This document shows positions 1 through 10,390 of a stretch of DNA of 64,000 nucleotides, piece after piece. The notes below the pieces were generated by a model. That model did not search any database. It worked only from the letters and a program-made list of their open reading frames with translations, and was not told where the DNA came from. Within the stretch, counting starts at the first letter, position 1; each line of letters starts with the position of its first letter. A program made the position numbers and the translations under genes. Source of the stretch: Polyangiaceae bacterium (GTDB lineage: Bacteria > Myxococcota_A > Polyangia > Polyangiales > Polyangiaceae). The stretch lies in assembly GCA_035063585.1 (NCBI GenBank), contig JAPSGB010000019.1:1-64000 (forward strand), given 5' to 3'.

Positions 1-798
1 GCCGAGCCGCCCCCGCCCACGGCTCCCCCGCCCACGGCTCCCCCGCCCACGGCTCCCCCGCCCACGGCTCCCCCGCCCACGGCTCCCCCGCCCACGGCTC
101 CCCCGCCCACGGCTCCCCCGCCCTACCAGCCGCTCTACGGTCCCGCTGCGCCTCCGCCCACCGCAGCGCCCGCCCCGGGGCCGCCGCCCGCGCTCCCATC
201 CGTGCCTTACGCGCGGCGCCCGGTGGAGCTCATCCCCGAGCTCGGGCTCGCGCTCCCTCACTGCAAGAGCGGCAGTGACTCGAGCGATCGCTGCGAGGGC
301 GTGCGGGGCGGCGTCGCCCTCGGGTTCGCCGCGCTCTGGCGCGTGTCACCGTGGTTCGCGTGGGGCGGCGGGCTCGAGCTCGCCGGGTTCGGCTACCAGC
401 CGCCCGAGCGGCTCGGGCTCCGCGAGACGTCCGCGGGCGCGGTCTCGCTCGATCTCATCGGGCGCGTGTACTTCACCGAGGAGGGCTCGCTCGATCCCTA
501 CCTCCAGCTCCGCGTCGGCGGCGGCGCGCTCGGCACGAGCTACCGTGACGAGGCCGGCACCAAGTACCAGGACACCGGCGCAGGTCCGTCGGTCGGGATC
601 GGCGGCGGGCTCGACTTCTTCCTGTCGCACCGCCTGAAGCTCGGGCCGTCGGTCGACTACGCCCGGATCTTCGTCGACAAGATCCGGCACTGCGCCGAGT
701 CGGACTGCGTCGACGTCGCGAAGGACGGCGGGGGGCACCTCGACGCCTATTTCACCGTGCTCGCGCGACTGACGATCCTGATGGGCGACGAGCTTTGA
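1..798 (+). CDS. 5'-truncated Pro-rich outer-membrane beta-barrel protein
   Basis: Frame 1 is open from base 1 (AEPPP-(PPTAP)n) into ORF 202..798. Amphipathic beta-strand pattern (LDPYLQLRVGGG, GGGLDFFL..LGPSVDY). True start lies upstream of the window. Confidence 0.6.
   Translation, partial: AEPPPPTAPPPTAPPPTAPPPTAPPPTAPPPTAPPPTAPPPYQPLYGPAAPPPTAAPAPGPPPALPSVPYARRPVELIPELGLALPHCKSGSDSSDRCEGVRGGVALGFAALWRVSPWFAWGGGLELAGFGYQPPERLGLRETSAGAVSLDLIGRVYFTEEGSLDPYLQLRVGGGALGTSYRDEAGTKYQDTGAGPSVGIGGGLDFFLSHRLKLGPSVDYARIFVDKIRHCAESDCVDVAKDGGGHLDAYFTVLARLTILMGDEL
11..123 (+). repeat. 15-bp tandem repeat CCCCGCCCACGGCTC x7 plus partial copy, encoding (PPTAP)n
   Basis: Seven identical units read directly at 11-115, partial unit to 123. 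Confidence 0.95.
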
Positions 799-2132
799 GC
801 GCGGAGTCGCTGCTCGATCCGCTCGACCCGCTCGCGGTGGATCGCGAGCTCGCGCGCGCGGCGCGGGCGTGGCGCGCGTGGCGGCGGCGCCTGCGCCACG
901 GCGCGGGGCTCGACGAAGATCCCTTCGAGCCGCACCGCGCGGTCGCCGGGCGGAGCGCGTTCTTGGCGGTCCGCGGGCTGCCGAGCGCCGAGCCGCTCGC
1001 CACCCCGCTCGCGCGCTGGATCCATCGGCTCCTCGAGCAGCGCGTGAACCGCGGCGCCCTCGCGCTCGCCGAGCACGCGCGGCGCGTCGAGCTCCACGTG
1101 GTGGAGGCACCCGAGCACACCCGCGCGACGCTCGCCGAGCTGCTCGCGCGCGCTCTCTCCGACGCGCCGCGGAGGCGCCCCTGGGTCGCGAGCTTCCTCG
1201 AGCGCGCCGGGACGCTCGCGGAGCGAGAGGGTGAGCTCGTCGCGCGACGACGTGAGATCGCGCTCCGGCTCGGGCTCGCGAGCCCCGACGAGCTCGAGCT
1301 GCCGAACCCCGAGCTCGCCGAGCACGCCGGGCGGTGGCTCGAGCTGACGCGCAACCTCGGCGCCGAGCTCGCGCGTCCGGAGCTCACCGGCTTCCTCGAG
1401 CTCTCGCTCGACCCGGGCGACGGCGCGGGGTGGCCGTCGCGGCTCACGCCCGCGGTCATCATCGAGCTGTTTCGCGGCTCCCCGCTGCTCGACCGAGTCG
1501 CGCTCGACCCCGGGCGCTTGCCGAGCGCGCTCGCGCCGTCGAGCTTCCTGCGCGCGCTCGCCCGGGTCGGCGCCGCGTGGGCCGACGCGCTCGCCCCGGT
1601 GAATCAGCCCTTCGTCATCGCGCACGATCCTTACGGGCTCGAGCGCTACACGACCGGCGCGATCTTCGCGTCGCTGCCGCTCACGCGCCCGTTCCTGCAC
1701 CGGCAGCTCCGCCTCGGCGAGGCGCACGCTCGTGACGCCGAGCGGACGCTCGCGCGAGTCCTGCTCCTCGCCTCGCGCGCGGCCGCGCTACGGGTGACCT
1801 TGCGCGGCCCCGCGCTGGCCGGGAGGCGGAGCTTCGCCGAGGCGTTCGAGCACGGCGTGGAGCACACCTTCGGGTTCGCGCTCGCCCCGACGCTCGCCGG
1901 GGCGGTGCTGAGGGTCGGCCCCGACGACGGGCAGCGGTTCGCCGGCTGGCTGCTCGCCGCGTCGCGGAGCGACGCGCTCCGCGACGAGCACGACGAGGAC
2001 TATTATCGTAACCCGCGCGCGGTCGAGCGACTCCGCGCGGAGGCCGCGCTCCCGCCCGCGACGACCTGCACCAGCGCGGCGCTCGAGGCCGGCGCGCGCG
2101 CGCTCGCGCGACGACTCGAGGCGGCGCTCTGA
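795..2132 (+). CDS. Hypothetical protein resembling M3-peptidase-like proteins, no HEXXH motif
   Basis: 445-aa ORF overlapping both neighbours. C-terminal HDEDYYRNPRA resembles the tail of myxobacterial M3-like proteins (recalled). No HExxH in the translation. Confidence 0.6.
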   Translation: MSAESLLDPLDPLAVDRELARAARAWRAWRRRLRHGAGLDEDPFEPHRAVAGRSAFLAVRGLPSAEPLATPLARWIHRLLEQRVNRGALALAEHARRVELHVVEAPEHTRATLAELLARALSDAPRRRPWVASFLERAGTLAEREGELVARRREIALRLGLASPDELELPNPELAEHAGRWLELTRNLGAELARPELTGFLELSLDPGDGAGWPSRLTPAVIIELFRGSPLLDRVALDPGRLPSALAPSSFLRALARVGAAWADALAPVNQPFVIAHDPYGLERYTTGAIFASLPLTRPFLHRQLRLGEAHARDAERTLARVLLLASRAAALRVTLRGPALAGRRSFAEAFEHGVEHTFGFALAPTLAGAVLRVGPDDGQRFAGWLLAASRSDALRDEHDEDYYRNPRAVERLRAEAALPPATTCTSAALEAGARALARRLEAAL

Positions 2133-2947
2133 TGCGTCGAGGCCGCGCGCTCACGGTCGCGCTCGGCGCCGCGGCGCTCGCCACGCTCGCGGCGGCCGAG
2201 CCGGGACGGGCGCGCGCCGAGCCGGGACCGGCGCGGCCGTTTCGCGCCGCGCGGGCGACCTGGCCCGGTACCTTCGGCGTGAGCCGCGTGCGGGTCGAGC
2301 CGCACGGCGCGCGCGCGCTGGTCGTCACCGACGTGCTGCTCGCCGGCGACGCCGCGAGCGCGCCGGCGCTCGCCGTGTTCGCGGCCTACGGCGCGCCCGG
2401 GCCCGCGCTCGCCGTCGCGGCCGAGCTCATCGCGGTCCCGGCCGGTCACCTGTCTGCGCCGGGCGACGCGCGCGGCAAGCGTGTCCCGCTCGAGCCGGTA
2501 ACGCGCGCGCCGGACGACGCGGCGTTGGTGCTCGGCCCGACCAACATGGCCGGTAGCGCGGCGCGCCTCTCGGAGAGCGAGCTCCGGGAGGCGCTCGCCG
2601 CGAGCGGCGCGGCGACCTTACGCGTGCGCGCGGCGTATCAGACCGCCGCCGCCGAGACGCCCGAGCAGCGCGAACTCCTGATACGCCTCGGCGCGCAAGG
2701 CGAGACGCCGCTCACGCTCGGGCTCGTCGAGCTCGACGGTGACGCGGTGTCCGCGCGACGCGCCTGGCTCTGCGGTCCGCACGCCGCCTCCACGCCGCTC
2801 GCGCTCGCGCCGAGGCGCGCGGACGAGGCGCGAGGGCTCGCGCCACCGCTCGCGCTCCGCGCCGCCGATGACGCGCTCTGCGTCTCGTGGCACGAAGCTC
2901 AGAAGGTGTCGGCCGGCGACGGCGTGAGGCCGGTCGACTCGAGGTGA
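2132..2947 (+). CDS. Secreted hypothetical protein
   Basis: TGATG coupling with upstream gene. Signal-peptide-like N-terminus MRRGRALTVALGAAALATLAAA. Confidence 0.6.
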   Translation: MRRGRALTVALGAAALATLAAAEPGRARAEPGPARPFRAARATWPGTFGVSRVRVEPHGARALVVTDVLLAGDAASAPALAVFAAYGAPGPALAVAAELIAVPAGHLSAPGDARGKRVPLEPVTRAPDDAALVLGPTNMAGSAARLSESELREALAASGAATLRVRAAYQTAAAETPEQRELLIRLGAQGETPLTLGLVELDGDAVSARRAWLCGPHAASTPLALAPRRADEARGLAPPLALRAADDALCVSWHEAQKVSAGDGVRPVDSR

Positions 2948-3891
2948 TAGGTGAAGCCGAGCACGACCGCGGTGGCCGCGTCGCCGCTCACCACGCGCCG
3001 GACGGCGAGCTCCACCGCGAACGCCTGATCGATGTAGCCGAGGCCGCCGCTCACCGAGTGGCTACTCGCACCCTCGTCGTAGCGATAGCCGAGGCGGAGC
3101 GGGACGTGGTCACCTACCAGATACTCGAGCCCGCCCATGGTGCGGACGGTGGTGCGCCCCCAGCTCGTGAAATCGCCGATGACGTCGGCCTCGGCGCCGA
3201 AATCGCCCGCCTTCACCCCGACCCCGCCGCCGAAAGTCGTCGGCTGGAAGGTGGTGTCCGGGTTGTTGAGGTTCTGGCCGACGATGCTGAGCGACAACGA
3301 GTCGACGGGCCGCACGGTCGCGCCCGCGTCGAAGGTGATCCCCTTGACGATGTCGGCGCCGCCGAGCCCACCGGAGGCCGGGCTGCGCCCGAACGGACCG
3401 AAGCCGTCCTGCTTGAGCCACAGGTAACGACCGCCGACGCCGAGGAAGAAGCGATCCCCGAAGGGCAGCGCGAACGCGAAGCGGAGATCGGTCGAGCGCC
3501 GGTCGATCCCGTCCGGATCCTGCAAGTTCCACGTGCCGCCGATCCCGCCGGCGAGTCGCACGCTGCTCTCGATCGAGTCGACTGCCGCAGCCCCGTAGCT
3601 CTGACGTCGCGCCTCGGGCCAGATCTGCGCGAACGCCGCGAGGTGATAGACGCGCGTGACCGCCATGTTGGCGGGGTTGTAGAAGAGGCCGTCGATCGCG
3701 TTGCTCGAGGCGTGCGACGCGCCGTTCAGCGCGGCCGAGCGCGGCGTCTCGATCTCGTCGTAGTTGTAGCCGACCTCGGGAGGCAGCGGGCTCGGCGCGG
3801 CGAGCGCGACGGGCGCCGCGAGCGCCGCCGAGCACGCGACGAGCGCGACGCGCGCGCGGCGGCGCACGGCGCGGTACGCCGGAGCTGGCAT
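2899..3891 (-). CDS. Outer-membrane beta-barrel protein, FadL/PorV-like
   Basis: ATG at 3891 preceded by GAAGAGG. Signal peptide, GLFYNPANMA (NPA hatch motif), amphipathic strands (LRLGYRYD, GFTYHL). Confidence 0.7.
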   Translation of the reverse strand: MPAPAYRAVRRRARVALVACSAALAAPVALAAPSPLPPEVGYNYDEIETPRSAALNGASHASSNAIDGLFYNPANMAVTRVYHLAAFAQIWPEARRQSYGAAAVDSIESSVRLAGGIGGTWNLQDPDGIDRRSTDLRFAFALPFGDRFFLGVGGRYLWLKQDGFGPFGRSPASGGLGGADIVKGITFDAGATVRPVDSLSLSIVGQNLNNPDTTFQPTTFGGGVGVKAGDFGAEADVIGDFTSWGRTTVRTMGGLEYLVGDHVPLRLGYRYDEGASSHSVSGGLGYIDQAFAVELAVRRVVSGDAATAVVLGFTYHLESTGLTPSPADTF

Positions 3892-4196
3892 CGTCCTCTT
3901 CACCGCGAGAGCCGTACCGTCGAGCTTGGCTCCCGGGCAAATATTTCGCGCGCGAGGCGCGGCGAGACTCAACTTTCTTGCGAGGGACTCTTGACGAACG
4001 AAAGCACGGATGTTGCCGCGCGAAGCGACGAGGCTACGCGCGCGCGCGGACTGATCTCGCAGGTTCCATGCGTGTTCATCGAGCACGCCGAAGAGTGAGT
4101 GCGCGTAATGCGGAGAGCGTCGACGGCCCCGCGGCAAGAACCGGCGAGTTTTCGCGGCGTTCGCGGGTTCGGAAAAATCGACGATTGAACTTTGTG

Positions 4197-4326
4197 TTCG
4201 GGGGATGCTAGCTGGCTCTCCTGTCGTCGAGTCGCTCGCTGCTCAGCTCCGCGCTGACCGCGACGCTCCACGACGGGAGAGACGGGCGGGCTGCCTGTCG
4301 TTCCGAAGCGATGAGGCATCACCGAG
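4197..4326 (+). ncRNA. Candidate structured RNA or dnaA 5' leader
   Basis: Long hairpin 4216-4281, short hairpin 4282-4298, closing helix 4197-4208/4316-4326. G-U wobbles favour the + strand. Family not identified. Confidence 0.3.
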
Positions 4327-4416
4327 ACCACTGCGAAAGCGAGCCAACGGGCCAGGGTTGGACCTCACGACACGTAACGCTCGCCGGCTCGAAAGACGAA
4401 CGACTCGGGGAGGCGG

Positions 4417-4437
4417 CTATCCACAGCCTGTGGACAA
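4417..4437. promoter_or_regulatory. Inverted pair of DnaA boxes upstream of dnaA
   Basis: CTATCCACA (4417-4425) and TGTGGACAA (4429-4437, reverse complement TTGTCCACA), each 8/9 to TTATCCACA, ending 22 nt before the ATG. Confidence 0.8.
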
Positions 4438-4459
4438 GTTGGGGGGCTGATTTTTCGCG

Positions 4460-5917
<1,458 letters not shown>

Positions 5918-6123
5918 CCAGCCCCGCGACGCGCCCCTCCGCCACCACGGGCGGGCAGGCGGGCCTGCCGGTTCGGCGCGGCCGGCGGCGCGCCGCGCCC
6001 ATCGGCATCGGCACGGGTAATGAGTGGTATTTACTGAGGTTTTCTCTGGCGACCCACCAGAGGCCGAGCGCTCGGGCGGGGCGAAAACCTGACAGTCGAG
6101 GCGTGACCACCTATATAGAAATC

Positions 6124-6336
6124 ATGTCAAACCTACGGCTCGTCCATCGTCTCATGACGGACCGCCGCCAGGTGATGCTGGAGGACGGGAGGACCGGGAA
6201 AATCGTCCGCGTGGACACGGTCTTCCCCGACAACAGCACGACCGTGTCGGTGTGGACCGACACGAAGCGGGGCCCGGGCGTGGCCAAGGTCGATCTCGCG
6301 TCGATCCTCGGAGCCGCCCCGGCTCAGTCGGCCTGA
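6124..6336 (+). CDS. Small (about 70 aa) beta-rich, SH3/KOW-like hypothetical protein
   Basis: ATG 6124 within ORF 6103..6336. GC3-biased codons; EDGRTGKIVRVD beta-hairpin; promoter-like CTGACA-N17-TATATA just upstream. Confidence 0.6.
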   Translation: MSNLRLVHRLMTDRRQVMLEDGRTGKIVRVDTVFPDNSTTVSVWTDTKRGPGVAKVDLASILGAAPAQSA

Positions 6337-6464
6337 CGGCGGTGCCGCCGGCGGCCCGGGCGTTCTCGCCCGGGCCCCGGCGCGCAGCGAACTAGGGCCC
6401 GTGCGCCGCGCCCTCGCCGGCGTGCAGCGAGCCTCGCGAGCGCGGCGACGCTCACCGCCGCGCG

Positions 6465-9400
6465 TCAGTCGAGCTCGGCGAGCGCGCGCTCGCAGTCGGC
6501 GGCGACCAAGCTGTGCCCAACCACCCGAGCTTCGTCGCGCGCGGCGGTGAGCTCGCGTCGCGCGCCGGCGAGCTCGCCGCGGCGCGCCAGCAAGCGGCCG
6601 AGCAGGTAGCGCCCGGACATGACGTCCCAGGTCCAGCGCCGCGCCTCCGCGTGCGCCAAGCGCTCGATGAGGCTCCGCTCGGCCGAGGCTGAGCCGTTCA
6701 GTCCGTCGAGGAACGCCAGCATCAAGCGGTTGAGGTTCACCAGACGCTCGGCGCCCACCTCTTCGGCGGTCGCTCGCGAGGCCTCGAGCGTCGCGTACGC
6801 GCGCGGGAGCTCACCCTGGCGCATGAGCGCGTCCCCGAGGTTGTGCAGGTTCACGGCCGCCTCGTGGACCAGGCCAGCGCTCCTGCACTGCTCGACCGCG
6901 CGCTCGCACTCGGCGCCGCAGGCGCGCCAGTCGCCACGAAACCCGAAGATGAGCGCGCGGACCTTCGCGCGCTCGGTCAGCGCGACGGGGTCCTCGGGCA
7001 CCAGCGTGGCGGCCTCGTCGAGCGCGGCAAAGGCGCGCTCGTGCTCGCCCACCCCGCCCAGCGCCTGCGCGGTCGCCACCAGGAGCCGGTGGCGCTCGTG
7101 CGTGTCGCCCTCGGGGAGCGCGGCCGCCCGCTCGACCGCCGCGACCGCAGTCCGAAACTCGCCGTTTCGGATCGCGATCTCCGCCTCCGTCATGAATACG
7201 ACGCGTGAGAGGTCCGGCCACTCGGCGGCGTCCGCGCCGGCGCGCGCGAGCAGCGCGCGCGCTTGCTCGTGGCGGTGCATGACGCCGGCGAGCTGCGCGG
7301 CGTCGATGGTGATCTGAACGCGGGCGCGACCGTCGATGGCCGGAGCCCGGTCGAGGTACGCGCCGATGCGCTCGACCAGCCTCGGGAGCGCCGCCCCGGC
7401 GCGGACGTGACGCACGGCGGAGGAGAGCGCGCCGACCCACTCGGAGAGCTCCTCGCCGGTTCGCCCGTCGAGATCGACCAGCTCGAGCGCGCTCGAGAGG
7501 TCGCGCACGGCGCGATTCAAGCGGCGCACAGCGAGAAAGTGCAGCCCGCTGGTCGCGAAGAACCCGGCGGCGCGCTCGTGCTCTCCCGCCTCGGCGAGGT
7601 GGTGAGCGATGTAGGAGGCGAGCTCCTCGGTTCGCTCGCCGAGCACCATTTGGTAGGTGTTGGCGGCTTGGCGATGCAGCTCGCGCCGGAGCTCCGGCGA
7701 CACGTCGCCCTGCACGACCTCCGGCAGGAGCGGCGAGCGGAAGGAGATGGTGACCGGTCCGTCGCGCACCACCAGATCGCGCGCCTCGAGCGCCTCGACC
7801 AGCGAGTTGACCGTCCCGATGGTCCCCTCGAGCATGCTCGCCAAGACCGACACGTCGACCGGGTCGCCAAGGGTCGCGGCGGCGAGGAGCAGGTTGCGCT
7901 CGGGCTCCGTCAGTCGCCGGACTTGGTCGCCGAGCAGCGTCCGAAGCGGTCGCGGCACCGCCAGCGCGCCGGACAAGTTGAGCGCCTGGATCCGTTCGTC
8001 GGAGACCACGATGGCCCCGGACTCGAGCGCCTCGTTCAGGAGCGCCTCGATGAACATCGGGTGGCCTCCGGCGCGCGCGCGCACGAACTCCACCAGCGTC
8101 TCGGGGAGCTGCTTCGCGCCGACGCGGAGCCCGATCAGCCGGAGCACGTCGTCGTCCTCGAGATCACCGAGGGAGAGTCGTTGGGCTCCGGGGAGTTGCG
8201 GCTCGCCGCCCGGGCGCACCGCGAAGACGAGGAGCGCGCGCGCCTGCGGGAGCTGCTCGATCGCTGCCGAGATGACGCTCGCGCTCATGGCGTCGAGCGC
8301 GTGGGCGTTGTCCCACGCGAACACGTGCACGCGGTCGTCGCACAGGCTCGCGATCATGCGCGTCATCGCCGTGGAGAGCGGCGCCGCGTGCGCTCCCTCC
8401 GGCCGCGCGACGCCGAGCTCCGCGAGGAGCGCACCGACCTCGTCCTCGCGCAGGCCGAGCGCGCGCAGTCGAGGCGCGACCGCCGCGATCCGCTCCGGGG
8501 AGTCCCCTTCGCGCACCCCGCAGAGGACCCGCAGCATCGCGACGAGCCCGCTCATCGGCACCCCGCGCCCCTCGGGCGGGCAGGTGGCGAGGTAGCAGCC
8601 GATGTTGAAGGAGCCCCGCTCGATGCGTCGCTCCATTTCGTGGAGGAGTCGGGTCTTCCCGACGCCGTAATCTCCGCTCACGATCACCACCGCGAGCGCG
8701 CGACGCGACGCCGCCGAGAGCGCCTCCCCGAGCGCGCGAAGCTCGAGCTTGCGCCCGACGAAGCGGCCGTAGACCTCGTGCGGAGCTCGCGCCCCGCCGA
8801 TCATCAGGGCGCCGTCGTCAGGAGCAGGCGGCGGCGGTAACTCGAGCGCGAAGAGGCCTCGCAGGTGCGGGGCGGCCTCTCGGGAGATCACGACTCGTTC
8901 GGCCGCGACGCCGGCGAGGTGGCGAGCGCGCTCGACGAGCGCGCGACTCGTCTCGTCCTCGCTCGCGCCGCGGCTCGCGCGCACGCGGACGGTGCCGGCG
9001 TCGATGCCGACGAACGGCGCGGCCCCGCCGACCGCGAGCCCGCGCACCAGGACCAGGCCGCACCGCACCGCGTTCTCGGTGTCGCGGCCGTCCGCCTGCT
9101 GCAGCCCGAAGATCGCCGAGAGCTCACGAGAGCTCTCCGCGAGCACCTGCGCGCCGTAGCGGAGCAGGATCTGGCGCGCGCGCTCGCGAGCCGCGGCGGT
9201 CACCGGCGCGCGCCCGCCCCAGCGCAAGGCCAACACCGAGACCTCCTCCCGGACCTCACCGTCGATCCAGTCCCGCAGGGGAGGCGGCTCCGGTGGCGGC
9301 GGCAGCGAGCGCCGGGACGCCGGCGAGACGCCCGAGGCGGGCCGCGCTCCAGAGCCCGGCGGGCTCGAGGCTAGCTCGCCGCGCGCGAGCGCGCCCTCGA

Positions 9401-10370
9401 GGTTGCTGATCTTGGCGACCGGCTCGCGAAAGCGCTCGACCAGATCGCGGAGCTCGCTCGCGCCGAAGCGCGCCCCGGACGCATACTGGCAGGCGAGCAG
9501 CTCCTCATGACAGCGCGCCGCGCTCTCGGGGCGCTCCGCCGGGTCGGGCGCGGTGAGGCGCGAGACGAGCGCGGGGAGCGCCGGCGCGAGCCCAGCTCGC
9601 ACGCGGTCGAGCGCGGGGATCCGCCCCATGCCGACCCGCTCGCGGAGCTCGTCCGGATCGTCACCCTGAAACGGCGGCGCGCCGGCGAGCGCCTCGTAGA
9701 GCAACGTGCCGAGCGAGAAGACGTCGCTCGACGGGCCGACCGGCTCGCCTCGGGCTTGCTCGGGGCTCGAGTGCACGAGCGTTCGCGCGAGGAGGGACGG
9801 CCGGACGGCCGCGCCGCAGCGACGATCGAGGACGGCGCGGGCGATCCCGAAGTCGCCGAGCTTGACCTCGCCCTCCCAGCTGACGAACACGTTGTGCGCC
9901 GCGACGTCGCCGTGCACCATGCCGAGCGGGCGGAGCTGCTCGTCGCGGCGGCGATGCGCGTGGTCGAGCGCCTTGGCGACCTCGGCGGCCACGTGCAGCG
10001 AGAGCTGAGGTGGTGGAAGCTCTCCGGCCAGCCGGAGCCGATCGAGGAGCAGGTCGAAGGGCAGACCTGCGACGTACTCCATCGCCGTGAAATAGCTCGG
10101 GCCCGCCTCCGCCTCCACGCGACCCACGTCGAAGACCTGAATCACGTTCGCGTGGCTCAAGCGGACCACGCGCTGCGCCTCGCGGACGAAGACGTCGCGG
10201 AAGGCGAGGCTGTTCGCCAGCGCGGCGTGGAGCCGCTTGATGACCAGCGTCTTCTCGAAGCCCTCGACGCCGAAGCTCTTGGCCTTGAACACCTCGGCGA
10301 CGCCCCCCGAGCCGATCGAAGCGAGGAGCTCGTAGCGGCCGTACGCGACGGGGAAGTTCGTCGTCGTCAT
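6465..10370 (-). CDS. Ser/Thr kinase - degenerate class III cyclase-like domain - STAND ATPase - TPR protein
   Basis: GSGGVAEV, VIKR, HGDVAAHN, DFG, SPEQ; FVGRKLEL, Walker A GDYGVGKT, GGHPMF; helical TPR-like C-terminus. Confidence 0.9.
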   Translation of the reverse strand: MTTTNFPVAYGRYELLASIGSGGVAEVFKAKSFGVEGFEKTLVIKRLHAALANSLAFRDVFVREAQRVVRLSHANVIQVFDVGRVEAEAGPSYFTAMEYVAGLPFDLLLDRLRLAGELPPPQLSLHVAAEVAKALDHAHRRRDEQLRPLGMVHGDVAAHNVFVSWEGEVKLGDFGIARAVLDRRCGAAVRPSLLARTLVHSSPEQARGEPVGPSSDVFSLGTLLYEALAGAPPFQGDDPDELRERVGMGRIPALDRVRAGLAPALPALVSRLTAPDPAERPESAARCHEELLACQYASGARFGASELRDLVERFREPVAKISNLEGALARGELASSPPGSGARPASGVSPASRRSLPPPPEPPPLRDWIDGEVREEVSVLALRWGGRAPVTAAARERARQILLRYGAQVLAESSRELSAIFGLQQADGRDTENAVRCGLVLVRGLAVGGAAPFVGIDAGTVRVRASRGASEDETSRALVERARHLAGVAAERVVISREAAPHLRGLFALELPPPPAPDDGALMIGGARAPHEVYGRFVGRKLELRALGEALSAASRRALAVVIVSGDYGVGKTRLLHEMERRIERGSFNIGCYLATCPPEGRGVPMSGLVAMLRVLCGVREGDSPERIAAVAPRLRALGLREDEVGALLAELGVARPEGAHAAPLSTAMTRMIASLCDDRVHVFAWDNAHALDAMSASVISAAIEQLPQARALLVFAVRPGGEPQLPGAQRLSLGDLEDDDVLRLIGLRVGAKQLPETLVEFVRARAGGHPMFIEALLNEALESGAIVVSDERIQALNLSGALAVPRPLRTLLGDQVRRLTEPERNLLLAAATLGDPVDVSVLASMLEGTIGTVNSLVEALEARDLVVRDGPVTISFRSPLLPEVVQGDVSPELRRELHRQAANTYQMVLGERTEELASYIAHHLAEAGEHERAAGFFATSGLHFLAVRRLNRAVRDLSSALELVDLDGRTGEELSEWVGALSSAVRHVRAGAALPRLVERIGAYLDRAPAIDGRARVQITIDAAQLAGVMHRHEQARALLARAGADAAEWPDLSRVVFMTEAEIAIRNGEFRTAVAAVERAAALPEGDTHERHRLLVATAQALGGVGEHERAFAALDEAATLVPEDPVALTERAKVRALIFGFRGDWRACGAECERAVEQCRSAGLVHEAAVNLHNLGDALMRQGELPRAYATLEASRATAEEVGAERLVNLNRLMLAFLDGLNGSASAERSLIERLAHAEARRWTWDVMSGRYLLGRLLARRGELAGARRELTAARDEARVVGHSLVAADCERALAELD

Positions 10371-10390
10371 CGATTCGTGCGACTCGAGCG

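Noticed and set aside
3969..4331. rpmH or another small CDS divergent from dnaA
   Set aside because: Translations show no L34 motif (MKRTFQP) and no coding-like composition.
5918..6123. Possible oriC downstream of dnaA
   Set aside because: Only a short AT-richer patch; no DnaA boxes found there by eye.
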